From: Candidatus Peribacteraceae bacterium
GTDB taxonomy: Bacteria; Patescibacteriota; Gracilibacteria; Peribacterales; Peribacteraceae
DNA length: 30,314 nucleotides
NCBI GenBank assembly: GCA_028717505.1
Contig: JAQUNQ010000001.1
Coordinates: 1-30,314 of the forward strand
Reading direction: 5' to 3'
Part shown: piece after piece, positions 1 through 9,697 of the stretch
Numbering within the stretch: position 1 is the stretch's first letter
Layout: the number at the start of each line of letters is the position of its first letter
Position numbers and translations under genes: made by a program
The notes under the pieces: model-generated
What the model was told of the DNA's origin: nothing
Database searches by the model: none
Seen by the model: only the letters and a program-made list of their open reading frames with translations

Positions 1-56
1 AGGCGTGAATAAATCCTCCCGTCTTTTTTGTCGGGGCTTTTTTTGAATATTCCTCT

Positions 57-290
57 TCAGAAACCCTCGAAGAGATAGCCCCATGTATCACTGTTCGGGA
101 AGCTCCAGGTTGTTCCCGTGTCCGCGAATCCTCCGATGTCGATCGCCCAATTCCCTCCTCCGCCATCCTCGGAGGACAACGGAAGATCCTCGAAGAGGAA
201 ATCCCATGTCTGGGCGGAAGCCCGAGTCGGGCAGACGAGTGAGAGGGAACCTATCAGGGCCACAGAAGCGATGAATGACCGAACAGCCAT
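57..290 (-). CDS. Small secreted acidic, aromatic-rich peptide (77 aa), unknown function
   Basis: Starts MAVRSFIASVALIGSLSLVCPTRASA (signal-peptide-like, A-S-A cleavage). The mature 51 aa carry a repeated TW-x-x-LFE-x motif. ATG at 290 is 6 nt after a TACATT box, favouring it over ATG 305. Confidence 0.65.
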   Translation of the reverse strand: MAVRSFIASVALIGSLSLVCPTRASAQTWDFLFEDLPLSSEDGGGGNWAIDIGGFADTGTTWSFPNSDTWGYLFEGF

Positions 291-357
291 AGAATCAATG
301 TACAATATTTTATAAATTGATCAAAGACCTCGGAGACAGTTTTCAAAGAATAAAAAT

Positions 358-377
358 AGACGCCCCGAGGGGCGTCT
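358..377 (-). terminator. Rho-independent terminator of the SLH protein gene
   Basis: AGACGCCC-cgag-GGGCGTCT hairpin followed on the minus strand by ATTTTTATTCTTT, just past the stop at 401. Confidence 0.8.
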
Positions 378-400
378 GTTCTAGGAGGTGATGGAAGAAA

Positions 401-2218
401 CTACTGCCCGAAAACGGACATCGAGTTCTTGATAATCTTTGCGGTCTCCGCCCTGTTGATCGGCGCATTGGGGCGGAAGGTGGTCTTGCCGTCATCCCCG
501 GAGACGATGCCGGTCAGAGTAGAAGCTTCGATGGCTCCGGCATGCGCGGTGCCCGCAGAGACGTCCGAGTACACGCCGCCCTGAGCTGCCGGGATCGTCT
601 GGCCAAAGGCCTCAAGGACGATCTGCAGAACCGCTCCGCGCGGAGCGGGGGCATTCACGTCCAGAGAAGGATCCGCGAAGAGGGAAACCCCGCGCTCCTC
701 CAGAGCAGCGATGTACCCCGCGGACCATTGTCCCTTTGCGGAGCGATTTTTCGGGGAGTTGCTCGACAGTTCCAAACCTGCTGCCTCCACGGCCATTTTC
801 GCGATCTCCGCGAAGGTGACGTTGTTCCCAGGTTTAAATTCTCCCGTTAGGTTGCCCCTCGCATCCTTGTAGCCCGAAACGATCCCTTCTGCGACAAGTG
901 CATCGACGTACATTGCGAACCATTCGCTCACCGGGACATCCTTGAGCACCACTGATTTCCCCTCGATGGACACCTGGAGATGACCTCCCACCTGCGGCAG
1001 CGCGCTTTCTGCTGCACCACCGACCGCTTCGTTGCTTGCACTGACAGTCGTCGTCTCTCCACCTCCGCGCCGTCCGCCCCCTCCTCCCGTCGATGTCGTC
1101 GTGGTCGTGGAAGCGGTCGTTACCGTCACGGACGCCTCGTCGTTATTCGCCCCTGCATCCTGCTGGTCCGTGTACGTGAAGGTCATCGTGCCAGCGGCTG
1201 TCAGCTCGAGGTAACCGTTCTGGGAAGCCGGAACCACGTTCGTCGAGCCCCAGATCTGGATAGAACCTCGGAAGATCCCGGAGGTCTTACTCGTTTCGGT
1301 CAGGGTTACCGTCTCCATATCGGAGCCGATCACCAGCGATCCCGTAATGGTATCCAATGCCGTTCCATCGATGTTTTCATCACTATCTGTTACGGTGAGG
1401 GAGACGTAGTCGCCCGGCACGAACGAGGTCTTCTCGGCGGCGAAATCGACATCGGTCATCAGGACGTTGGTGGCTGTGTGCTCGATCTTGCCCGTGTTTT
1501 CCGTGAGAGTTCCGTAGTTGATAATGGTGGCCCCTGTGGCATAGATCGTGTACGAATCGAGATCGAGTGTTGCTCCGGTATCGATCTGCAGTGTCCCTGT
1601 GATGCTCTGATCACTGGTCAGCGTCAGACTGGTAGTGGATCCCACTGTCAGATTTGTCAGAGGATTATTGCTGGTATCGAGTGTCTGGGTTGTTCCATCA
1701 AACACCACTGTACCCGTTGAGACGAATACGGCATCGGCGCTGATTGCCATGCTCCCAGACAGCGTGAGCATGTAGTCACCGATTCTCACAATGCCTCCCG
1801 TCTGCGTAAAGTCGCCATTAAGGGCGATGTTGTTGGTTTCCGGTCCGATGAGCCGGCCACTCCCCATGCGGATACCCGATGTTCCGACGGTGATTGACCC
1901 TGTTCCCAGAAGGACGGAGCCCGTCCAGACTTCATTGAGAATCATTCCTTTCACGTTTACGTCGCTCCGCATCTGTACGGTGGTACCGCTGAAGCTCATA
2001 ACAGCTGTGTCCGCCGATCCCGGTGCGGCCGAGCCAGGCGCTCCCCGTTGCACCGAGGACCAGTTCGTGGGTTCCTCGAACTGTGTGCTGTTCTGCACAC
2101 CACCGACCCAGTAGAAACTGGCTGCTTCCGCTCCTGCGATGCCGAGAACGGAGCACAGGAGAGAAACAGAGAGATACGTCCAAACTTTCCTCTGAAGGAA
2201 ATACTTGTATTTTTCCAT
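401..2218 (-). CDS. S-layer homology (SLH) domain surface protein (605 aa)
   Basis: Signal peptide MEKYKYF...AEA/ASF; Gly/Thr-rich beta-repeat N-region; LTVTDSDEN...TLTETSKTSGIFRGSI module; T/G linker; C-terminal SLH repeats (DVPVSEWFAMYV...GIVSGY, FKPGNNVTFAE, YSDV, FRPNAPINRAETAKII). Confidence 0.85.
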   Translation of the reverse strand: MEKYKYFLQRKVWTYLSVSLLCSVLGIAGAEAASFYWVGGVQNSTQFEEPTNWSSVQRGAPGSAAPGSADTAVMSFSGTTVQMRSDVNVKGMILNEVWTGSVLLGTGSITVGTSGIRMGSGRLIGPETNNIALNGDFTQTGGIVRIGDYMLTLSGSMAISADAVFVSTGTVVFDGTTQTLDTSNNPLTNLTVGSTTSLTLTSDQSITGTLQIDTGATLDLDSYTIYATGATIINYGTLTENTGKIEHTATNVLMTDVDFAAEKTSFVPGDYVSLTVTDSDENIDGTALDTITGSLVIGSDMETVTLTETSKTSGIFRGSIQIWGSTNVVPASQNGYLELTAAGTMTFTYTDQQDAGANNDEASVTVTTASTTTTTSTGGGGGRRGGGETTTVSASNEAVGGAAESALPQVGGHLQVSIEGKSVVLKDVPVSEWFAMYVDALVAEGIVSGYKDARGNLTGEFKPGNNVTFAEIAKMAVEAAGLELSSNSPKNRSAKGQWSAGYIAALEERGVSLFADPSLDVNAPAPRGAVLQIVLEAFGQTIPAAQGGVYSDVSAGTAHAGAIEASTLTGIVSGDDGKTTFRPNAPINRAETAKIIKNSMSVFGQ

Positions 2219-2369
2219 GCGTAAGGGGGGGGTAGTCGGGGGAGATTCTCCCGTATCTCTATGATTTGCTGCAATATCATTGCTCTTGCTACATAACACA
2301 ATTGTGACAACGTAACGGTTGAGCGGAACACACCATAAGCGAAGTATTTTTTGGATGCTGATTGACGAA

Positions 2370-2409
2370 GCCATGAGCGAGTCCCGCATGTGCGGGACGA
2401 GTCGAATGG
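2370..2409. repeat. tRNA-associated palindromic repeat, family 1 (CCATTCGAC...CTCA), copy at tRNA-Ile
   Basis: Reverse complement of 2374-2409 matches 21812-21847 at 35/36 nt; internal hairpin GTCCCGCA/TGCGGGAC; begins with the tRNA CCA. Confidence 0.85.
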
Positions 2410-2483
2410 TGGGCGAGGGTGGAATTGAACCACCGACCGCGGGCTTATAAGTCCCGTGCTCTAACCAACTGAGCTACTCGCCC
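2407..2483 (-). tRNA. tRNA-Ile (anticodon UAU)
   Basis: GGGCGAG-TA-GCTC-AGTTGGTTA-GAGC-A-CGGGA-CTTATAA-GCCCG-CGGTC-GGTGG-TTCAATT-CCACC-CTCGCCC-A-CCA. Cloverleaf is intact except an A31:G39 mismatch. Confidence 0.9.
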
Positions 2484-2492
2484 ACGAAAGAA

Positions 2493-3845
2493 CTATACCA
2501 TTTTTCGGACGAACTCCCTCGCCTCGCTCTTCTTCGTCACCTCGCCTTTCACCTGTGCGTCATGCAGCGCAGCGATGATCTGCCCTACTTTCTCTCCGGG
2601 GGTGAGCCCGAGAATTGCCATGATCTCATCACCGGAGAGGAGCTGCTTGGCCGGACGCGGATGGGCATCGAGAAACTGGTGATAATCCCGCAGAATCTCC
2701 CCGTACAGGGAATAGTCCTGCGGGTCCGTCCCCGCGATGTCGAGCCAGAAGAGCTCCGTCAGCTCATGGAACCACGGATGGTGGTACCAGTGCGCCTTCC
2801 GCTCGGGGGGCATCTCCTGAAAGAAGCCCATCATCATATGATGCTCGATGAGCCAGCTCACCTTGGTGCGGCGCCGCGCAGTGCACTGAAGGCGCTCTAG
2901 GACCTCACTCGCAATTTTTGCAGAAATGGGCGCGTGGGCATCGAAGCGGATGCGCTCCTGCAGCGAGAAGGTCGTCGCCTTCCCCACATCATGGAAGAGC
3001 GTGGCGATACGCACGTCGATGGCGTGCTCGGGGAGAAAGGAACGGAGTGCCAGCAACGTGTGGTCCCACACGTCGCCCTCGTGGTGAAAATCCTTCGGCT
3101 GCGCGATGCCCTTGCAGGCGTAGAGCTCGGGTGAAATGTATTGCAGGATGCGTGTTTCCCAGAGGTCCTCGTAGGCGCGATCGGGATGAGGAGTGAGGAG
3201 CATCTTCTCCATTTCCCAGAGCTTCCGTGCGCCGGAGAGCCCCTCCGCGAGCGCCGCCTGCTCCTGCAGCGCCCGGTACGTGTCCGGATGGTACTGGCCG
3301 TCGAGGAGGGCGCGGAAGCGCACCACGCGCAGGAGGCGCAGGGCATCGTGCTTGATACGCACACCCGGCTCCCCGATGAAGCGGATCATGCGTTCGAGGA
3401 GATCATCTTCTCCGTGAAAGGGGTCGTAGAGATCGCGTGAAATCGGATTGAAGTATATGGCGTTGACAGTGATATCCCGCCGCTTCGCGTCCTGGCCACG
3501 CTTCCCGAAGACCACCGCCTCGGGGTGTCGCCCGTCGGAAGCCTCATCATCCTCACGGAACGTCGTCACCTCGAAGTTGAGGCCTTTGAGCCGCACGATG
3601 ACGCTCCCGAGAGCCTTCCCGGGGGAGCCGACAGTATTCGTGAAGATCCTCAATACTTCGTCGGGCAGGGCCTCCGTCGCGATATCGATATCCTTTGGTA
3701 TGTTCCCGAGAAGCATATCGCGGACCCCTCCCCCAACCCACCATGTGTCAAATCCTGCATCAGTGAGCCCCTCCACGATCTGGTAAGCGAGCTCGCCCTG
3801 CTTCGACGCGAGCGCCTGATTCATGATGTCTTTCGAGAGAGACAC
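2493..3845 (-). CDS. cca: CCA tRNA nucleotidyltransferase / poly(A) polymerase family with HD domain
   Basis: VGGGVRDMLLG, DIDIAT, EVTTFR, DAKRRDITVNA, DALRLLRVVRF; HD region HHEGDVWDHT...LFHDVGK. GTG start 6 nt after TATACT. Confidence 0.9.
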   Translation of the reverse strand: MSLSKDIMNQALASKQGELAYQIVEGLTDAGFDTWWVGGGVRDMLLGNIPKDIDIATEALPDEVLRIFTNTVGSPGKALGSVIVRLKGLNFEVTTFREDDEASDGRHPEAVVFGKRGQDAKRRDITVNAIYFNPISRDLYDPFHGEDDLLERMIRFIGEPGVRIKHDALRLLRVVRFRALLDGQYHPDTYRALQEQAALAEGLSGARKLWEMEKMLLTPHPDRAYEDLWETRILQYISPELYACKGIAQPKDFHHEGDVWDHTLLALRSFLPEHAIDVRIATLFHDVGKATTFSLQERIRFDAHAPISAKIASEVLERLQCTARRRTKVSWLIEHHMMMGFFQEMPPERKAHWYHHPWFHELTELFWLDIAGTDPQDYSLYGEILRDYHQFLDAHPRPAKQLLSGDEIMAILGLTPGEKVGQIIAALHDAQVKGEVTKKSEAREFVRKMV

Positions 3846-3865
3846 GGACGAAGTATATCGCAGAC

Positions 3866-4117
3866 CTACTTATAGATACATTTGAGAATGAGTAAGGATG
3901 CTGCCATCAGTAATTCCACGATGGTGGTCAGGACAAACGGCATGCTGCCGATGCCGACTCCATATGCGATGCACAGGATCAATCCGGTCTGATATAGAAT
4001 CATCCAAGGAATGGAAATGTCCTTGGTCGATTTTGTCTTCCAGGATTTGATGACCTGCGGTAACAGGGCGATGGTGATCAATCCACCTGACACATATCCG
4101 AGCAATTCAAGATACAT
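3866..4117 (-). CDS. SemiSWEET (PQ-loop) sugar transporter (83 aa)
   Basis: Three hydrophobic helices and the signature LLPQVIKSWKTKSTKDIS. Confidence 0.9.
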   Translation of the reverse strand: MYLELLGYVSGGLITIALLPQVIKSWKTKSTKDISIPWMILYQTGLILCIAYGVGIGSMPFVLTTIVELLMAASLLILKCIYK

Positions 4118-4211
4118 AGAATGAAGAGGAACAAATGACTTTGTCCAATAACTGACCGCGCCAACAATAGCATTCCGTCATGCGCTCTGCACCATTCGGT
4201 ATACTGGCATT

Positions 4212-4307
4212 ATGTTTCGTTTCATTGCTGCCTCTCGGCTTCGCCACAGGTGGTCGCGACCGCCGCGGCTTCGCCCGGGACAACTCGCAGATGTAGACTG
4301 CATTTAA
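4212..4307 (+). CDS. Putative leaderless 31-aa small ORF upstream of nfo
   Basis: ATG 6 nt after TATACT (4200-4205); MFRFIAASRLRHRWSRPPRLRPGQLADVDCI*. No homology evidence. Confidence 0.3.
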   Translation: MFRFIAASRLRHRWSRPPRLRPGQLADVDCI

Positions 4308-4321
4308 ATTTTGTGATTGCT

Positions 4322-5146
4322 ATGTTGCGCTTTGCCGTTGCAGGCACTCCCCACTCCACTCCCGCTCCGGGGGGAACCGTGGAGGGCCTGATTCGGGCAC
4401 ACAAACTCGGCATCACCGCCATGGAGATCGAGTGGGTCCAGAATGTGCCGAAGAGTCCGGAGCGCATGGCGGAGATCCGCGAGACGGCAGAGGAACTCAA
4501 TATCACTCTCACCGTGCATGCGCCCTACTTCGTCAATCTGAATTCCCCGGACAAGGCCAAGCTCGCCGCAAGCAAGAGGCGCGTGCTCGATGCCCTCTCC
4601 ATGGCCGAGCTCTGCGGGGCCCGATCCGTCTGCGTACATGCGGCATTCAACCTCGGCCTCCCGCCGGAGAAAGTTTTCGACAGTGTCCGGCACGCGACGG
4701 AGGACATCATGAAGAACAAGAGCAAGGTCTTTCCTCGTGTGAACCTCGCCTACGAGACGATGGGCAAGGCTTCCCAGTTCGGGACGCTCGAAGAAGTCCT
4801 GAAGATCAGCAAGGAGTTCGGCAACTATCCCTGCGTGGATCCTGCGCACATGCATGCCCGCACGAACGGTGCGATCAATTCCGCGAAGGAGTGGGAGGAG
4901 ATGTTCGATCTCTACGAGAAAATACTCGGCAAGAAGTCCCTGAAGTCCATGCACATGCACTACTCCGGCATCGCCTACACGACGAAGGGTGAGCGGATGC
5001 ACCTGCCGCTCCGGAAGAGCGATGCGCGGTGGAAGGAGTTTCTGCAGGTTCTGAAAAAGCGGAAAATCGAAGGCATCGTGGTGTGCGAGTCACCGCTCCT
5101 CGAGGAGGACACGCTCCTCCTCCGGAACACCTTCGCACGGCTCTGA
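4322..5146 (+). CDS. nfo: Endonuclease IV-like TIM-barrel AP endonuclease, archaeal-type (274 aa)
   Basis: MLRFAVAGTP, TVHAPYFVNLNS, YETMGKASQFGTLEE, CVDPAHMHAR, HMHYSGI..GERMHLPL, VVCESP motifs. Confidence 0.8.
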   Translation: MLRFAVAGTPHSTPAPGGTVEGLIRAHKLGITAMEIEWVQNVPKSPERMAEIRETAEELNITLTVHAPYFVNLNSPDKAKLAASKRRVLDALSMAELCGARSVCVHAAFNLGLPPEKVFDSVRHATEDIMKNKSKVFPRVNLAYETMGKASQFGTLEEVLKISKEFGNYPCVDPAHMHARTNGAINSAKEWEEMFDLYEKILGKKSLKSMHMHYSGIAYTTKGERMHLPLRKSDARWKEFLQVLKKRKIEGIVVCESPLLEEDTLLLRNTFARL

Positions 5147-5184
5147 TTGATCGGTATACTTTCGATCACATTCCCTTCTCTTCT

Positions 5185-6213
5185 ATGAACATCGCCATCA
5201 ACGGATTCGGGCGCATCGGGCGTCAGGCGCTGCGCATCGTTCTCGAGAAGCACCCCGATGTGCATGTCGTCGCCATCAACGATCTCACGGACGGGCCGAC
5301 GCTCGCGCACCTCTTTGAGTTCGATTCTACCTACGGCCGTTTCGATGCCGAGGCAGGGTTCAAGGACGGGAAGCTTTCGACGAAGCACGGAGATATCGTC
5401 CTCACGGCGGAGAAAGACCCGTCGCTCCTGCCACACAAGGACCTCAAAGTGGATATCGTGCTCGAATGCACCGGGAAATTCACCAAGCGCGAGGAGGCGG
5501 CTTTGCACCTCAAGGCCGGTGCCAGGAAAGTCATCATTTCCGCGCCCGGAAAGGATGAGGTGGATGGGACGTTCGTGATCGGCGTGAATCACGAGACCTA
5601 CGATCCGAAGAAGATGCATGTGATCAGCAACGCCTCCTGCACCACGAACTGCCTCGCGCCGATGGCCAAGGTGCTTCAGGACTCCTTCGGCATCACGTAC
5701 GGTCTCATGACGACGATCCACAGCTACACGAACGACCAGAAGCTGCTCGATCTGCCGCACAAGGATCTCCGGCGCGCACGGGCCGCAGCGATCAATATGA
5801 TCCCGACGAGCACCGGCGCGGCGAAGGCCATCGGGCTCGTCATTCCGGAGCTGAAGGGCAAGATGAACGGAGTCTCCATCCGCGTACCGACCCCCACGGG
5901 CAGCATTACGGATCTCACGGTCGTGACGGCCAAGCCGACAACGGTGGAGGAAGTGAATGCTGCTTTCGAGAAGGCGGCGAACGGCAGCATGAAGGGTATT
6001 CTTGGCTACGAGACGCGCCCGCTCGTTCTGCAGGATTACGTGATGGATCCGCGCAGCTCCATCATCGATGCTCCGCTCACCCAAGTCATCGGTGGTTCGA
6101 CGGGGCTCACCACAGGCGGCACGCTCGTGAAGACCTTCTCGTGGTACGATAACGAATGGGGCTATTCGAACCGCCTCGTGGAGCTTGCGGAGTACATCGG
6201 GAGGAAGCTGTAG
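5185..6213 (+). CDS. gap: Type I glyceraldehyde-3-phosphate dehydrogenase (342 aa)
   Basis: NIAINGFGRIGR, catalytic SNASCTTNCLAP, RVPTPTGS, SWYDNEWGYSNR. Confidence 0.97.
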   Translation: MNIAINGFGRIGRQALRIVLEKHPDVHVVAINDLTDGPTLAHLFEFDSTYGRFDAEAGFKDGKLSTKHGDIVLTAEKDPSLLPHKDLKVDIVLECTGKFTKREEAALHLKAGARKVIISAPGKDEVDGTFVIGVNHETYDPKKMHVISNASCTTNCLAPMAKVLQDSFGITYGLMTTIHSYTNDQKLLDLPHKDLRRARAAAINMIPTSTGAAKAIGLVIPELKGKMNGVSIRVPTPTGSITDLTVVTAKPTTVEEVNAAFEKAANGSMKGILGYETRPLVLQDYVMDPRSSIIDAPLTQVIGGSTGLTTGGTLVKTFSWYDNEWGYSNRLVELAEYIGRKL

Positions 6214-6295
6214 TTTCCATGCTTCAGAACAGATTTCGTGGCTCCATGGAGCCATAGATTGGCGCAAGTGCTTTTCAACCCTCCCTGGCTGCGGC

Positions 6296-8203
6296 TCATT
6301 TGTCCTCCTTCTTGTCCTTCTCGTCCACGACTTCCGCATCCACGACTTTTCCCTTCTTTTCCTTTCCATCCTTTTCGTCCTTTCCTTCTTTCTTCTTCGC
6401 CTCCTCGTAGACGATCTTCCCGATCTCCATCGCCTCCTCACTGAGTTTTTCGGTCGCCTTTTTGATGTCCTCCGATGAGGCATCCTTGTTCTTCAGGAGA
6501 TCCTTGAGCTCGTTCATGCGGGTATTCACCTTCTTCTTCAAATCATCGGGGATCTTGGCGTCGTGCTCACGCATCTGCTTCTCCAGGTTGAAGACGAGCG
6601 CATCGGCGGAGTTCCGGATGTCGATCGCCTCACGCTTCTTCTTGTCCTCCTCCGCGTGCACCTCGGCGTCCTTCTTCATCTGCTCGACTTCGTCTTTGGA
6701 GAGGCCCGTGGAGCCCTTGATCGCGATGTGCTGCTCCTTGCCGGTACCGAGGTCCTTGGCCGTCACATGCAGGATGCCATTCGTGTCGATGTCGAACGTG
6801 ACCTCGATCTGGGGAACGCCGCGCGGAGCGGGCGGGATGCCGTCGAGAATGAAGCGGCCGAGGGACTTATTGTCCGCCGCCATCTCACGCTCGCCCTGCA
6901 CCACGTGTACCTCGACGGACGGCTGGTGATCCGCAGCCGTGGAGAAGATCTGGCTCTTCTTCGTCGGAATCTTCGTATTGCGCTCGATCACCTTCGTCGC
7001 GACGCTCCCGAGCGTCTCGATGCCCAGGCTCAGGGGCGTCACGTCCACGAGCACGATGTCCTTGTGGATGTCGCCGCCGAGCACGCCTCCCTGCACCGCG
7101 GCGCCGATCGCCACGACTTCATCCGGATTCACACCCATGTGCGGATCGCGACCGAAGAGCTCCTTCACCTTCTTCTGCACCGCCGGCATGCGCGTCATGC
7201 CTCCCACGAGCACCACCTCGTGGATGTCGCTCATCTTGAGCTTGGCATCCTTCAGCGCGTTCTCGCAGGGTTGCACCGTCCGTTCAATGAGACTCTCGAC
7301 GAGCGTCTCCAGCTTGGCGCGGCTGAGCTTGATCGCGAGGTGCTTGGGACCACTACTGTCCGCCGTGATGAACGGCAGATTGATCTCCGTCTGGGTCGCC
7401 GAGGAGAGCTCGATCTTGGCCTTCTCCGCCGCCTCGCGGATGCGCTGCATGGCGATCGCGTCCTTCTTTAAGTCGATGCCTTGATCTTTCTTGAACTCCT
7501 CGAGCATCCACTCCACGATGCACTGATCGAAATCATCGCCGCCGAGGTGCGTATCGCCGTTCGTCGAGATGACTTCAAAGACGCCCTCACCGAGGGCAAG
7601 CACCGACACGTCGAACGTGCCTCCCCCGAGATCGTACACGACAATCGTGTGCTCGTGCCCCTTGTCGAGACCGTAGGCGAGCGCGGCAGCCGTCGGCTCG
7701 TTGATGATGCGCACCACCTCCATTCCCGCAATCTCGCCTGCCTCCTTGGTGGCCTGCCGCTGGGAGTCGTCGAAGTACGCGGGCACCGTAATGACCGCCT
7801 TCTCGACCTTCGTGCCCAGATAGGCTTCGGCATCTCTCTTTAGCTTCTGGAGCACCTGCGCGCTCACTTCCTGCGGGAGCATCTTCTTGCCATTCACCTC
7901 CATGACCGTGCGTCCTTCCTTTCCCTCGATCACTGGAAAGGACATGCGCTTGGCCTCTTCCCTGACCTCATCATAACGACGTCCCACAAAGCGCTTGGCG
8001 GAATACACCGTACTCTTCGGATTGGTCACCGCCTGCCGCTTGGCTGTCACACCCACGAGAATTTCCCCGTCATCTTTGTAGGTGACGACGGAAGGCGTCG
8101 TGCGATTGCCTTCTGCGTTCGCGATGACGACGGGCTCGCCGCCCTCGACGACAGCAACGCAGGAATTTGTGGTCCCGAGGTCGATTCCAATGATTTTGGA
8201 CAT
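6296..8203 (-). CDS. dnaK: Molecular chaperone DnaK (635 aa)
   Basis: [72 protein letters not shown]. Confidence 0.98.
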   Translation of the reverse strand: MSKIIGIDLGTTNSCVAVVEGGEPVVIANAEGNRTTPSVVTYKDDGEILVGVTAKRQAVTNPKSTVYSAKRFVGRRYDEVREEAKRMSFPVIEGKEGRTVMEVNGKKMLPQEVSAQVLQKLKRDAEAYLGTKVEKAVITVPAYFDDSQRQATKEAGEIAGMEVVRIINEPTAAALAYGLDKGHEHTIVVYDLGGGTFDVSVLALGEGVFEVISTNGDTHLGGDDFDQCIVEWMLEEFKKDQGIDLKKDAIAMQRIREAAEKAKIELSSATQTEINLPFITADSSGPKHLAIKLSRAKLETLVESLIERTVQPCENALKDAKLKMSDIHEVVLVGGMTRMPAVQKKVKELFGRDPHMGVNPDEVVAIGAAVQGGVLGGDIHKDIVLVDVTPLSLGIETLGSVATKVIERNTKIPTKKSQIFSTAADHQPSVEVHVVQGEREMAADNKSLGRFILDGIPPAPRGVPQIEVTFDIDTNGILHVTAKDLGTGKEQHIAIKGSTGLSKDEVEQMKKDAEVHAEEDKKKREAIDIRNSADALVFNLEKQMREHDAKIPDDLKKKVNTRMNELKDLLKNKDASSEDIKKATEKLSEEAMEIGKIVYEEAKKKEGKDEKDGKEKKGKVVDAEVVDEKDKKEDK

Positions 8204-8205
8204 AG

Positions 8206-9609
<1,404 letters not shown>

Positions 9610-9697
9610 GCTCACACAATAATCCACTATTCATGCAATGCCACCTCAAAAAGGGTCGTTGCGGCCAAACGAGCAGGGGGTACACTTCCCTACCGCT

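Noticed and set aside
13-45. Possible terminator at the window start (CCCG...CGGG followed by a T run)
   Set aside because: The stem is only about 4 bp and the upstream gene is outside the window, so it cannot be supported.
2219-2389. ORF-track N-terminal extensions (SLH gene to 2389; also nfo 4250, gap 5029, dnaK 8221, obg 8248, clpB 23934)
   Set aside because: Extensions overlap repeats, CIRCE or promoter boxes and precede the recognisable family N-termini, so downstream starts were used.
4139-4320. Structured ncRNA or riboswitch between SemiSWEET and nfo
   Set aside because: Only short GC hairpins; no recognisable tmRNA, SRP, RNase P or riboswitch consensus.
7880-7990. DnaK N-terminal insert of the type typical of diderm bacteria
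   Set aside because: The insert is present, but this indel also occurs in lineages without a classical outer membrane, so it is not informative here.
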